A DNA stretch of 64,000 nt from Kofleriaceae bacterium (lineage in GTDB: Bacteria; Myxococcota_A; Polyangia; Haliangiales; Haliangiaceae), in assembly GCA_965215005.1 (NCBI GenBank), contig CBDCCZ010000001.1, positions 160,001-224,000 on the forward strand. The letters run 5' to 3'. Shown one piece after another: positions 50,750 through 61,143 of the stretch. The translations under genes and the position numbers were made by a program. The notes beneath the pieces were generated by a model. That model did no database searches and was not told the DNA's origin. It saw nothing but the letters and a program-made list of their open reading frames with translations. The stretch's first letter is position 1, and the number at the start of each line of letters is the position of its first letter.

Positions 50750-51571
50750 TCAACGTCGGACGTCGTTACCTTCTTTACCGACGCGCTCAACCTTGACGTC
50801 TTTTCGACGCTCCGTCTCGTCCACTTGCTGGACGTGAGTTTCTACCGTTTTACCGACATTCACTCGCTCTACGACCCGCGCTTCTTTGGAGACAACCGCT
50901 TCTTCACCACGCTCGTGAAGCTCGACTTCTCCCTCTTTGAACGCAGCATTCGCCTGAGTCGCTGATAACCTCTCGTTGACCGGCTGGCGGTCGACGTGGA
51001 TATGCTCTTCGCGCAGCTCGACCGACTCGTGGACAGGTGTCTCGGTGACGTAGCTGCGGATGCGGACGGCGCCGCGCTCGACGGAACGCTTGCCGACTTT
51101 GACTTCCTCCTCGACGACGTCGACGTGCTCTTCTGCTAGCGCGTTGCGCTCTTTCTCGAGCTCGGCCTGTGCAAAGGGGGCTGCTGACGCGTCGTAGCCT
51201 TTCCAGCCTTCGCGGCGCCAACGGCTCTCTGCCTTCTCAACGTCCGTGAGCTCGAATCGCTCGAGAGCATCTTTGGCTCCGCGCGCGCGGTCAGCATCAG
51301 CGGTGATCACCACCAACACGCCGCCACGGCGTACCGCCTCGGTATAACGCTCGGCGATCTTGGCCGGGACATCGCGCTCGGTTAGGAGACGTACAGCAGA
51401 CTGTTGAGCTTGTTTGCCGTCTAGCTCGCGCTGAAATTTTCCGTGCTTACTAAGTCGCTCATGCGAGATGAGCATCATCGATTTGTGGTCGAATCCCTGT
51501 TTCATCAGGTCTTCGATAGCGGAGTTGGCGCGCGTTTCGTCACGAAGATGGGCAACGACAGTGATACTCAT
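50750..51571 (-). CDS. YsnF/AvaK (DUF2382) stress protein
   Basis: VVEEEVKVGKRSVERGAVRIR...LREEHIHVDRQPV...EEAVVSKEARVVE; AAGGAG RBS. Confidence 0.9.
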   Translation of the reverse strand: MSITVVAHLRDETRANSAIEDLMKQGFDHKSMMLISHERLSKHGKFQRELDGKQAQQSAVRLLTERDVPAKIAERYTEAVRRGGVLVVITADADRARGAKDALERFELTDVEKAESRWRREGWKGYDASAAPFAQAELEKERNALAEEHVDVVEEEVKVGKRSVERGAVRIRSYVTETPVHESVELREEHIHVDRQPVNERLSATQANAAFKEGEVELHERGEEAVVSKEARVVERVNVGKTVETHVQQVDETERRKDVKVERVGKEGNDVRR

Positions 51572-51657
51572 AATTGTTCTCCTTGAAAGCTCGTGATTGA
51601 GAGGTGGTGTTGGAGCGTTACGTAACCGCTTCCTCAGTAGTACTGGTGCGGTCTCGA

Positions 51658-52086
51658 TTACTCATTTGTGGGGGACGGAGCCACGGGATTTCGCTCGATT
51701 TCGACTTCCTCACGGCGCAGCCGCACTTCGTGGTGCTCACGGCGGTGTTCGCGGACCGTGCGGACGCGGACCTCCTCACGCAGCCGCAGGCGCTTCTCCA
51801 CGACGAGCACCTCTTCTACGCAAGGAATGATGAGAACGTCGCCTTCGCGGCGAACCGCGGGAATCTCGTCAACGAACTCACCCACGGGCCGACGCTCGAC
51901 CTCGACGTGCTGCGACTCGAGAATCGGGTCGACGGCGACGTCTTCCTCTACGACGCGTTTCCGAATCCGCACTACCGCGGTATCGACCTCGCGTCGCTCC
52001 ACCCGAACGTGCTCCTCTACGACAGGCACGGTGCCTATGGGTTCAACGTGAGAGTGTCCGGATGGACGAGGACGATCATCGTTCAT
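51658..52086 (-). CDS. DUF2382 domain protein
   Basis: VPVVEEHVRVERR...IPCVEEVLVVEKRLRLREEV; AAGGA RBS. Confidence 0.88.
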   Translation of the reverse strand: MNDDRPRPSGHSHVEPIGTVPVVEEHVRVERREVDTAVVRIRKRVVEEDVAVDPILESQHVEVERRPVGEFVDEIPAVRREGDVLIIPCVEEVLVVEKRLRLREEVRVRTVREHRREHHEVRLRREEVEIERNPVAPSPTNE

Positions 52087-52379
52087 GAGAAAATTTCCTT
52101 GATGCTTGACGGGCAGTTCGCCGTCCCATCGGACCTATCTGCAAGCAACAGACCGACGAGCTGTGCTCACTACAGTTGGGGGATTGGTGGGAAACCGATA
52201 TCCACGTGCGCACCGCACCGTTCCCAAACCGCGCGTGTGAGGCTATTTGGTACCCCACCTGCCTTGTCGCTGAAGTGACTGTCGAGCTGCGTCAAACCCG
52301 CGACGTCTGCCGGCGCGCAGTGCAACGGATCCAGCTCGACTGCCCTCGGAAATCCCGTTGGCTCACATAGGCAGCACGG

Positions 52380-53120
52380 GTGCCGCGCCGAGCTCATTGG
52401 CAAATGCGACGGCCCGGCTGCCGAGCTTGCTCCACGCCCTTCGTCTCAAGCGGACGCGCTCTACTTACGGTCGGCGCGACCGGCCCTTCAGCCGCGCACC
52501 AAAGAGCCGATCCACGACGCGTCGTGCTCGTCTCCCGCGCCACTGCCTCCGAGCGCTATGCGACGAGCCCGAGCTCGGACGTCGCGCCACGGGTGCAACG
52601 ACAGGCGAGGCCTTCGGAGCCAGCGCGACCCTCGACGACCGTGCAGCTCTCCGCGCGAGCCAAGGAGGCCTCGGCAAACGAGCTCTCGACCGAGGAACAG
52701 CGAATGGTGCGGGAGCTCCAGCAGCGGGATGCGGAGGTTCGGACGCACGAGCAGGCCCACCTGGCTGCCGCCGGTGCGTACGCGCGCGGGGGCCCGCGAT
52801 ACGACTATCAGCAGGGACCAGACGGTCGTCGCTACGCCGTGGGAGGCGAGGTTTCCATCGACTCCGCGCCAATCTCCGGCGATCCAGCGGCTACGCTCGC
52901 GAAGGCCGCCGTGGTGAAGCGCGCCGCACTCGCGCCGCAAGACCCGTCTACGCAAGATCGCCGCGTGGCTGCCGCAGCCGAGCGGATGGCAGTCGAGGCT
53001 CGCGCTGAGCTTGCGGCGCAGCGAGCGACCGTCGCACCTGAATATAGTGATAAAACGGCAGCCGCGACCACGCCGGCATCGCGCGCGCGGGCGGCGTACG
53101 CGCTACACGCATCACGTTAA
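52380..53120 (+). CDS. SprA-related family protein (start uncertain)
   Basis: RDAEVRTHEQAH...YQQGPDGRRYAVGGEVSID...AALAPQDPSTQDRRVA. Confidence 0.85.
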   Translation: MPRRAHWQMRRPGCRACSTPFVSSGRALLTVGATGPSAAHQRADPRRVVLVSRATASERYATSPSSDVAPRVQRQARPSEPARPSTTVQLSARAKEASANELSTEEQRMVRELQQRDAEVRTHEQAHLAAAGAYARGGPRYDYQQGPDGRRYAVGGEVSIDSAPISGDPAATLAKAAVVKRAALAPQDPSTQDRRVAAAAERMAVEARAELAAQRATVAPEYSDKTAAATTPASRARAAYALHASR

Positions 53121-53330
53121 TACGTTTCACTGGCTGCGAAATCGTGCTGCTGCGCAGCAGACCGACGCGACGGTACGAGCGACCGGTGTGTCATCCTCGT
53201 GGCCTGCGTGACGTATCGCTACGTCATGCGTATGTTCGCGGCCGCTGACGAGAGTCTGAGTTGCTCTGTGCTACCCGCTAGCGCTGATTCAGCGTTGGCA
53301 GCACGGTTGCAGGCTGCTGCGGCTGCAATC

Positions 53331-54638
53331 ATGAACATGAAAGAGTCGCAGAAACAACCCCGCAGCAGCTCGGCGGACGCGACGGTGCAGCCGGTGGTGG
53401 TGCGTCGTCACGAGCACAGCGCGAAGAGCACAGTCGCGATTCTTGGCTGGAGCCTGTTCGCGATCGAGGCCTTGTATCGTTCAGAGCGAAACTTTTATAT
53501 CGTTGGACCTCCGAGCTTCGCTGGATACGCGCGCGCAAACGCAGTGCCGTTCGTGCCATGTGACCTGACGAAGTTCGATCCATCGAAGGCCGAGCTCCTA
53601 GCGCATCAGCTCGCTCAGTTGGGTGTCGACTACGTCGTCCCACTCTACGAGCCGACCGTCGAATGGTGCGGCGCCATCAACGCGGTGCTGTTCGATGACC
53701 CCCGCTGGTCGGATTGGGTGATGTTGTTTCGCAACAAGGCGATGATGAAACGGCGAGCTCAGCTTCACGATATCCCGGTGGGAGTCTTTCGCGAGGTCAA
53801 CGATCGCGCCGGCGCAAAGGAATTCCTTGCGCACATCAATGACGCTTTGCTCGTCGATGAGCCCGTCAAACCGGTTCACATCAAAGCATTTGATGAAGCG
53901 GGATGCAAAGGACACTTCGTGATACGCACCGCCAGCGATGCCGACCAGGTGCCGGATGCCGCGTTCCCATGCCTCATAGAAAGTGACTTGGAGGGCAAGG
54001 AAATCGCTTGCGAGGTGTTTGTGCACGACCGGCAGATCGTGTTCATGAACATCTCGGAGTACGTGCACTTGGGGCACTCGGTGTTCATGCCGCCGGGACG
54101 TGAGCTCGAGGCTCGGCGCGAGGATATCCGCAGGGTGAACGAGCAGCTGATCGAGGCGTTCGACATCGAGCGCGGCGTGATCCACCCAGAATGGTTCCTC
54201 TCCGACGATGGCTCGATTCACTTCGGCGAGGTCGCCTACCGCGTGCCGGGTGGTAATGCGTTCGAGCTCATCGAGCGCGCGTATGGGTTCAACGCGTACG
54301 AGGGACACGTGCTGTGCATGGACCCCAATGTCTCGCACGACGAGGTGCGCGCGTTCTTCCCACCGGAGAATCAGGCCCGCGGGCACGCAGGCGTGCTGTT
54401 AGTCTACCCGAATGCTGCACTCGCCGACGAAGCTACTTCCCTCGATATTCCCCGCGGTATGCTCATCGACCCCGCGTTCGAAAGCCACGACTTGGTACGG
54501 CCCGGGGCGCGCTCCATTCCGCGCCAGGAGCACTTCGTCAACGGCACGCACTGGGGCAACGTCTACTTCTTCTCTGATGATCCTGAGCGTGTTCGCCGCC
54601 TGTGCTTACGCTATGAGAATCACGACTTCTACTGCTAA
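53331..54638 (+). CDS. ATP-grasp carboxylate-amine ligase
   Basis: RNKAMMK, HIKAFDEAGCKG, IESDLEGKE, HPEWF..GEVAYRVPGG. Confidence 0.8.
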   Translation: MNMKESQKQPRSSSADATVQPVVVRRHEHSAKSTVAILGWSLFAIEALYRSERNFYIVGPPSFAGYARANAVPFVPCDLTKFDPSKAELLAHQLAQLGVDYVVPLYEPTVEWCGAINAVLFDDPRWSDWVMLFRNKAMMKRRAQLHDIPVGVFREVNDRAGAKEFLAHINDALLVDEPVKPVHIKAFDEAGCKGHFVIRTASDADQVPDAAFPCLIESDLEGKEIACEVFVHDRQIVFMNISEYVHLGHSVFMPPGRELEARREDIRRVNEQLIEAFDIERGVIHPEWFLSDDGSIHFGEVAYRVPGGNAFELIERAYGFNAYEGHVLCMDPNVSHDEVRAFFPPENQARGHAGVLLVYPNAALADEATSLDIPRGMLIDPAFESHDLVRPGARSIPRQEHFVNGTHWGNVYFFSDDPERVRRLCLRYENHDFYC

Positions 54639-54654
54639 GAAAGCCCTGCCAGCA

Positions 54655-56664
54655 ATGACAGATTCGTCCAGTCAGAGCCACCCTCCACCACCTCTCACCG
54701 TCGACTACGGCGCAGAAATGGCCGCCCTTCTCGAGCAGCTTCGCCAAGCTGCCGATGAGGATACGTTCGCGTTGCAGCAGCGCGCCTACGCTCTGGCGTA
54801 CGAAGCGCTGCTCACCGATGAAGGTGCAGCGCAGCTCTATCCGCTGGCGCCCAGCTTCGACGAGTCCGGCGTTTTCATTGGCAGCGACTGGCAGCAGCCG
54901 TCTCGATTGCAGGCAGGCCTGGTCGAGTTCACGCTTCAGAGCGACGAGGGCATCGGCGTGGAGTGTCTGAGCCAACTGCGATTTCTCGCCATCGCCAATG
55001 GCGTGGCGGACCATCCGCGGGTTGCGCCGGAAGAGGCGAGAAGGTTTCTCGAGCGCGTCCTAGCGCTCAATTTACACTCTCTCTTTCCGGCCGATGCCGA
55101 GCCGGAGGAAGAGGTGCCGCCGGCCCCCGTGCAGCGGTTATTCGGCTTCATCGTCGATTCCCTCGGGGCCGACGGGATCATGGCTCGATTGGTCAATGAG
55201 GCTGAGCGGGTCTTGTTGACTCGCCCGATCAAGATCGAACGGGTTCGGCGCATGATCGATACGGCCGCCTTAGGAATTGCCGCTTGGGGCGCTAGTGAAG
55301 TAGCGCGAGAAGCCGCATTGTTGGCCGACGCGCTGCACGGGCCGACGCCGCTATCTCGAGCGTGCGAGAACCTCGCGGAGTACGCGGACGCGCTGCACAC
55401 CTTAGATGACCCCGCATGTTTGCTCGAAGCCGACACAATGGCCACCTCGATGCGCCGCACGGGTCTGGTTTGTCCTCATCATGCCAGCCTGGTTCGTTAC
55501 GCCAAGGACGAAAGTCGACGCTTGCTAGGGCGTGCGTTAGGAGTCGAAGATGTCGGCCGCTGCACCCTGCAAAGCTTTCCCGAGCTCATCGACGAGCTCA
55601 TCGAACGCGCCGTGCATCCGGCTACCGCGCAGTGCGTCTACGGCTTGGCGCAGCTCCTCGACCGCGGAGTATTGTTCCACTCGCCGGTTCTCCCCGGCCT
55701 GCGCACGCTACTAGACGTCGACATCCGGGCTGACATCGGTGATGAGTTACTAGCGGGGGTCCCTCATCCCGAGCCCCCATCTGCCTCTAGCGTTCTCACC
55801 GCCGGCATTCTAAACGTGCTGGGACTCCCACGCGGGGTCGACCAAGGGCACAATCCAACGTGTCAGTCGGCGCGGGCGATAAGCCTCTGGGCGCAGACAG
55901 ATCCGGGTTATCTGCTGCACTTGATCGTTCAAGCGGCACGCGATGGCAACGTGGTTATGTACTTCGAAGGGGCGCCCATCGAGTCGATAGACGTAGAGCG
56001 AGGCGTAGCCGATGAGCTGCACACGGAGCTCGATACCGTCTCGCTGTTGTTAACGCCGCACCTCGACCGGGTCTACTGGGAGATGAGTAGACGCGCGCTT
56101 GGGCGTAGCGAAGATGAGCATAAATGGGTGAATCCGGAGTTTCACGGTTGGTGGGTTCATCGCGGATTTGCGGCGATGATCAACGAAGATACCGGCGCGA
56201 TCACTGCACCTCAGGCGTTTTATCGGCGATTTTTCGCGGCTTACCATCCGCTATACAATGGCGGCCGACAGCTGCTCATGCCGCAGCCGGCCGGGGTCGC
56301 CATCACCAACACGCAGGGCGCCTGGCTCGACTGGCATGCAATATCGATCCAGCGCATCGAGGAAGACCCAAGGGGACAGATGCGGGTCTACTTCTTTAAT
56401 CCGAATCACGACAAAGGACAGAACTGGGGCCAAGGAGTGATTACCTCCACGTGCGACCGCGGCGAGCTCATGGGCGAGTCGTCATTGCCGTTTGCCCAGT
56501 TTGCTTCGCGTATCTATGTGTTTCACTACGATCCGCATGAGCTCGGAGCGGAGGACGAGGTTCCCGAGCCGAACGTGGCGGAGGTAATCAACCTCGTCCA
56601 TGGCAGCTGGGGTCGGGCATTTGCCTGGGCTGAAGGAGCCGAACGCCAAGGAGCCGTAGCATGA
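54655..56664 (+). CDS. Hypothetical protein; C-terminal part possibly papain-like
   Basis: DQGHNPTCQS...WHAISI...FFNPN could be Q/C, H, N catalytic residues; coupled to deacetylase gene. Confidence 0.65.
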   Translation: MTDSSSQSHPPPPLTVDYGAEMAALLEQLRQAADEDTFALQQRAYALAYEALLTDEGAAQLYPLAPSFDESGVFIGSDWQQPSRLQAGLVEFTLQSDEGIGVECLSQLRFLAIANGVADHPRVAPEEARRFLERVLALNLHSLFPADAEPEEEVPPAPVQRLFGFIVDSLGADGIMARLVNEAERVLLTRPIKIERVRRMIDTAALGIAAWGASEVAREAALLADALHGPTPLSRACENLAEYADALHTLDDPACLLEADTMATSMRRTGLVCPHHASLVRYAKDESRRLLGRALGVEDVGRCTLQSFPELIDELIERAVHPATAQCVYGLAQLLDRGVLFHSPVLPGLRTLLDVDIRADIGDELLAGVPHPEPPSASSVLTAGILNVLGLPRGVDQGHNPTCQSARAISLWAQTDPGYLLHLIVQAARDGNVVMYFEGAPIESIDVERGVADELHTELDTVSLLLTPHLDRVYWEMSRRALGRSEDEHKWVNPEFHGWWVHRGFAAMINEDTGAITAPQAFYRRFFAAYHPLYNGGRQLLMPQPAGVAITNTQGAWLDWHAISIQRIEEDPRGQMRVYFFNPNHDKGQNWGQGVITSTCDRGELMGESSLPFAQFASRIYVFHYDPHELGAEDEVPEPNVAEVINLVHGSWGRAFAWAEGAERQGAVA

Positions 56665-57761
56665 GCAGCGTGGCGCTCTTCTATCACCCCGAGATGCTTC
56701 AACATGCGCCTGATGGTTATGATCCAGCGCATCCAGAGTGGACCGAGCGCGTGAAGCGTCGCCTGGGTAACTTAGATGAAGGGGGGATGAGCTTCACCCA
56801 CCCCGAGCGGCCAGAACGTCTGGAAGCCATCATCGAGTCGCTTCGCGCAGCGCCGATAGATGGTCTGGAGTGGCACGAGCCCGCACCTGCGTCTCATCTG
56901 CAAAAGGCGCGAGTTCATACGCAAGAACATCTCGAGTTACTCGAAAGCTATCGCGATCGAAGTGGCTGGCTGCATCACGATACGACAGCGGTCAGCGAGG
57001 GCAGTATCCACGCCGCCGACCTTTCGGCAGGCGCCGCCTGTGAAGCGGTCGAAACCGTGCTCGACGGTGCGGTGCGACGCTCGTTTGCGCTCAGCAGGCC
57101 GCCCGGGCATCACGCCTACGCGAATAAGTCGCGCGGCTTTTGCTTGCTCAATAACGTCGCCATTGCAGTGCAGCACGCGCGAGAGCAGCATGGCGTGGAG
57201 AGGGTGCTCGTAGTGGACTGGGATGCCCACCACGGCAATGGGACGCAGGCGATTTTTCGCGGCGATCCCAACGTGATGCACTTCGACATCCACGCGGATG
57301 CGCCCGTGTATCCCGGCTCAGGACCGCTCTTCGACACCGGCGATCGCGGTGCCATCGGCACTCTCATTAATGTCCCTTTGCCGCCCAAGACAGGCGATGC
57401 GGTCATGCTCGAGGCGCTGGATGACATTCTCATGCCCGCCGCCATTCGGTTCCAGCCGGAGCTCATCGTGGTGTCAGCTGGCTTCGATGGTCACCGCGCA
57501 GACTTACTGTTCGAGCAGACCGATGATGGGTTCGCGGCCATGACCGGTCGACTTCTCGACCTGGCGTCGCTGCTAACGGATGGCCGCATCGCGTTCGTGC
57601 TCGAGGGCGGCTACCGCGAGGCGCTCTCGGCGAGCGTGCGCGCGTGCTTGACTGTGATGGCCGGAAGGGAGCCGCCGAAAGTGGCGCTGGGCGGTGAAGA
57701 CCCAGGACGAGCGAATCTTCAGCTCGCGGCCAGCTTTCATAACCGCCCTGTCTACTACTAA
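56661..57761 (+). CDS. Histone deacetylase-family (acetylpolyamine amidohydrolase-like) protein
   Basis: HPERPERL, RPPGHHA, GFCLLNN, DWDAHHGNGTQ, SAGFD, LEGGY. Confidence 0.93.
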   Translation: MSSVALFYHPEMLQHAPDGYDPAHPEWTERVKRRLGNLDEGGMSFTHPERPERLEAIIESLRAAPIDGLEWHEPAPASHLQKARVHTQEHLELLESYRDRSGWLHHDTTAVSEGSIHAADLSAGAACEAVETVLDGAVRRSFALSRPPGHHAYANKSRGFCLLNNVAIAVQHAREQHGVERVLVVDWDAHHGNGTQAIFRGDPNVMHFDIHADAPVYPGSGPLFDTGDRGAIGTLINVPLPPKTGDAVMLEALDDILMPAAIRFQPELIVVSAGFDGHRADLLFEQTDDGFAAMTGRLLDLASLLTDGRIAFVLEGGYREALSASVRACLTVMAGREPPKVALGGEDPGRANLQLAASFHNRPVYY

Positions 57762-57821
57762 CGCACTTCCACGCGGGGTACGAGCAGCCGCACAGGTTGT
57801 GCTCGTGCCGCCGCGGCGTTG

Positions 57822-59632
57822 CTATAGCTTACAGGCTTCGAGGGAGCCGTTCTCGGACTGGCCGACAATTCGGTCCAGTGCGGTGACGCCTGCCTGTTCG
57901 CTGCGAAAGGCGAAGTCATCTGCGAGTTGCACTTCGCTGGCGTTCGGGGGCTTCACGAAGACGTCGTATCGGTGGGCAGCGACATCGACGACCAACCGTA
58001 CGCGATAGGTTGCACCCGCGACGTATGCCACGGTTCGGTCGGCGCGATATCGACTACCGTCGCGCACGTCGATGTTGCTAGCGCTGTTGAACCTCACGAT
58101 GGCAGCGAGGTGGGTCCAAGAGCTGGCTTGCCGACCGGCTAGCGCTACCGCCGCATCCATCGACCTGCTGCTGGGCGTGAGATCGAGCTGGAGCTCGAAG
58201 CTCTGGGTTTGCCGGGCGATGGTCGTGCTCACGAACGGCGTGTTGGTCGCTGCACGGATGCACACGCTCGGAGGTGGCGGGCTCGCGTCTGAGCCTTCAT
58301 AGCAGCCTACATCTGGGGTGTTCTGGCTGTCACGCGCGCGCCCGTCGAGGTCGGTGTTCGCCATGGAGTGGGCTTGGCCCGCATTGCGCAGCGGCGAGGT
58401 CGATGACGGGTGAAAGTCGGCGGCTGAGGCACTAACGAAGCTCGCGCTCGGGGAAGAGATGCGTGAGTGATCGTCGAAACCGGCGGCGCGCCAGTCGTTT
58501 AGGTCTACCGTGCTGCTTTGGTCGGTGAGGCTGAAGCGCGAGATAACCACGTTGTAGTCGCTGTTGAAGCCCGGTGCGCGATTCTTATCGATGCTGATCG
58601 CGCCGCGGGAGGCGTGGGCGTGAAACAGCACGTTGTTGCGGAGCACGTTGTCGCGCGGTGAGCCATCGCCCGGCATGTTGATCGCCCAGCGTCCGTCTGC
58701 TGGCATCACGATGGTATTTTGATAGATGACGTTGCGGCTCGACGCCTCGGCTCCGTCGATCTTGAATAGGGAGATGCCGCTTGCATGATTGTTGTAGATG
58801 AGATTGTTGATGATCACGCTGTCGGATGCACCGTCCATGTTGATGGCAGAGCCGCCGCGGGACCCATTTTCGAAGAACATGTTGTTTTCGATGCGCGAGT
58901 ACGAGACCACACCGTCGCCGCCCATGGATGCGTCGCCATTTAGGTGCAGTCCAGACATGTCGTTGTGGTGCAGCCGGTTACCCAGAAACGCGCCGTAGTC
59001 GCCGCTGTTGCTTTGATAGATCCCGTGTTCGCTGTTGTATGCTGATTCACTGTTACGAACAGTTGGGTAATTGCTGAAAGCGAAGAAGATGCCGGTAGCG
59101 CGGCCGTTGGTGCCGTTGTCGTGCACGTAGCAGTTTTGCACGGTGATGTGGTCGGTGTTGCGAGCATCGATGCCGGAACGATACGCGTCCTTGATCTCGA
59201 AGCCATCGATGATCCAGTACTTCACTCGGCTGCTGAAGCTCTCTAGCTCAACGATCGACGCTCTGCGGCGCTAGGACGGTTGAGAATCGGCCGTGCGCCG
59301 GGTGCGGCTCGTAGCGTAATTGGAGCCGCGGCAGTCCCTGAGGAAGTGATGCGAGCGCCCGCGTAGGTGCCTGCCCGAACCTCGATGACGTCTCCAGGGG
59401 CGGCCGCTTCGACTGCGTGCTGAAGAGTGGCCCACGGCGAGGAGCTGCTTCCAGTGTTGGAGTCCCGTCCCGACGGCGAGACGTAGTACACGCTACTCGT
59501 CGCAAGCTCCAGCTGCGCGCGATCGTGCTCTTCGAGCTCGAAGTCAGTAGCGCATCCTGCTGACAGTGAATTGGCAGCGCAGATAAGAATGGTTCCCATC
59601 ATCTGCTTCTGAAGGAAATGAGTGTGTTTCAT
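57822..59632 (-). CDS. Right-handed beta-helix lipoprotein, split by a frameshift near 59255-59265
   Basis: LSAGC lipobox, YYVSPSGRDSNTGSSSSPWATLQHA in one frame; IVELESFSSRVKYWIIDGF and Asn-ladder repeats in the next. Confidence 0.8.
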
Positions 59633-59996
59633 ACATGTACCTCCGTCAGCACCGATTTCGGTTGCCGTCGTACAGCTCATGGCGCGCCCATGAGCGCTAT
59701 CTCGCGCCAAATCGATGCGCGGTTGGTGGCTTTTAGCTTGGGATAGTCCGTCGCGGAAGGTAGCGCTGTTCGTCGCGACCCAGGCGCAGATTTCACCGGA
59801 ATCGCCGTGAAGTCAAGAACCCCAAAAGGGCGTGAATTGCCTATTAGGGGCTCTACAGAGGTATCTGAGGGAGGCTGGTGAACGCGGGTGTGACGCGTCG
59901 GGAGATGAGCGGTGGTGGTGTAGACGAAGCAGTCTCAAGTAGGAGCGGGTTAGAACTAAGACTGCCAGGTGCGCTAGCGGCCGCGGCCCGAAATTA

Positions 59997-60030
59997 GAAA
60001 ACGCCGATGAGCGCGAGGCCCATCGGCGTT
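59997..60030 (-). terminator. Rho-independent terminator of endonuclease gene
   Basis: AACGCCGATG / CATCGGCGTT arms with T run on minus strand. Confidence 0.65.
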
Positions 60031-60052
60031 GTTGGCAACGATAGCGTTCGAG

Positions 60053-60928
60053 TTAAAAGTCTTCGATACGGTCTGCTAGTTGAGGATGATCGATGAACGG
60101 ATTGCGGTTTCCCTGAGTTGCCTCAATTGTCTCGTTGCGAGCTTTCTCTTCATCACTAGGTGGATCTTGATGATGCCAGGCGCGCAGGACCTCTTCCTCA
60201 TCGAGCTCAATGGCCTTTTGATAGCGAACTGCGAAGTAGAAGTGCGCGCGAGCAATGTCACCTCTACGAGCTGGCCGCACCTTAAAGACGCGCCGCCCAC
60301 GTGCGTCGTCACCGCTGGACGAGCCGCCCTCCGTCCAGTCGCACGTGCTGCCGTCGCAGCTCGTCTCGCCGAAGTCGTTGTTGCTCCGGCGCGAGTTTGC
60401 GGCTGCTAGGCTCGGAAATAGATGATGAAGGTCGCCTTCTGCGGGATAGAACGCAGCGCCATCGGAGCGTGGCCAGCTGTGCTCGGTGTTGAAGAGGCGC
60501 CCAGGGGTGCGGGTTCCATCTGCGTCCACCGTGCGCCCGGTATACACGCACTCGACGCGCCCGCCGATGACGTCGACTCCGGGGCCGCCGACGCCGAAGA
60601 TGCGGTCACGCGCTTTGTCGTAGCTGAGACCGCGATGGGGCCCGCTGGTGAAGTCGCCGAGCGCGTCGAGAAGGGCTGCATCGCTCAGACCCGGCCAGGG
60701 CTCGTCGGCAGGGGCGGCGACGCAAAACGCCGCATAGTCGGTGCAGCAATCGCCGTAGCTCGAGCACCCGTCGTCGCACCAGCAGCCCGCCGCTGCTTGG
60801 CCGCCGCAAGAACCCGCGCAGCTCGCCAAACCCTCCGCTTGTGCGTCTGAGGCGAGCGTCGCATCGGTGACGCAGCCGGCAGCGGTGAGGCACAAACCAA
60901 TCAGGAAGCCATAGAGGCGCTGTGACAT
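60053..60928 (-). CDS. Endonuclease I-family lipoprotein with somatomedin-B-like Cys domain
   Basis: NTEHSWPRS, DLHHLFP..NSRRSN, RGDIARAHFYFAVRY, QGNRNPFID; SCAGSCG..CWCDDGC..GDCC. Confidence 0.9.
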   Translation of the reverse strand: MSQRLYGFLIGLCLTAAGCVTDATLASDAQAEGLASCAGSCGGQAAAGCWCDDGCSSYGDCCTDYAAFCVAAPADEPWPGLSDAALLDALGDFTSGPHRGLSYDKARDRIFGVGGPGVDVIGGRVECVYTGRTVDADGTRTPGRLFNTEHSWPRSDGAAFYPAEGDLHHLFPSLAAANSRRSNNDFGETSCDGSTCDWTEGGSSSGDDARGRRVFKVRPARRGDIARAHFYFAVRYQKAIELDEEEVLRAWHHQDPPSDEEKARNETIEATQGNRNPFIDHPQLADRIEDF

Positions 60929-61143
60929 GCCCTTACACTCCTACGACAGGATTTCCTCCGTGTTGTGGAACGGTGTCGTTTCCGCAATCACCGCGTTACG
61001 TGCCTGCGCGCGAGCGCCCGGACCGGGGGCTCGCACCACGAAACGCCGCGCGTCTGGAACGCGAGTCACCACCCCGGGCTCCTCATGTGGCACGATTTCG
61101 CTGTGTTACGCTGGCACGCCCACTGCTTGAGGAAAGGGCCTCC

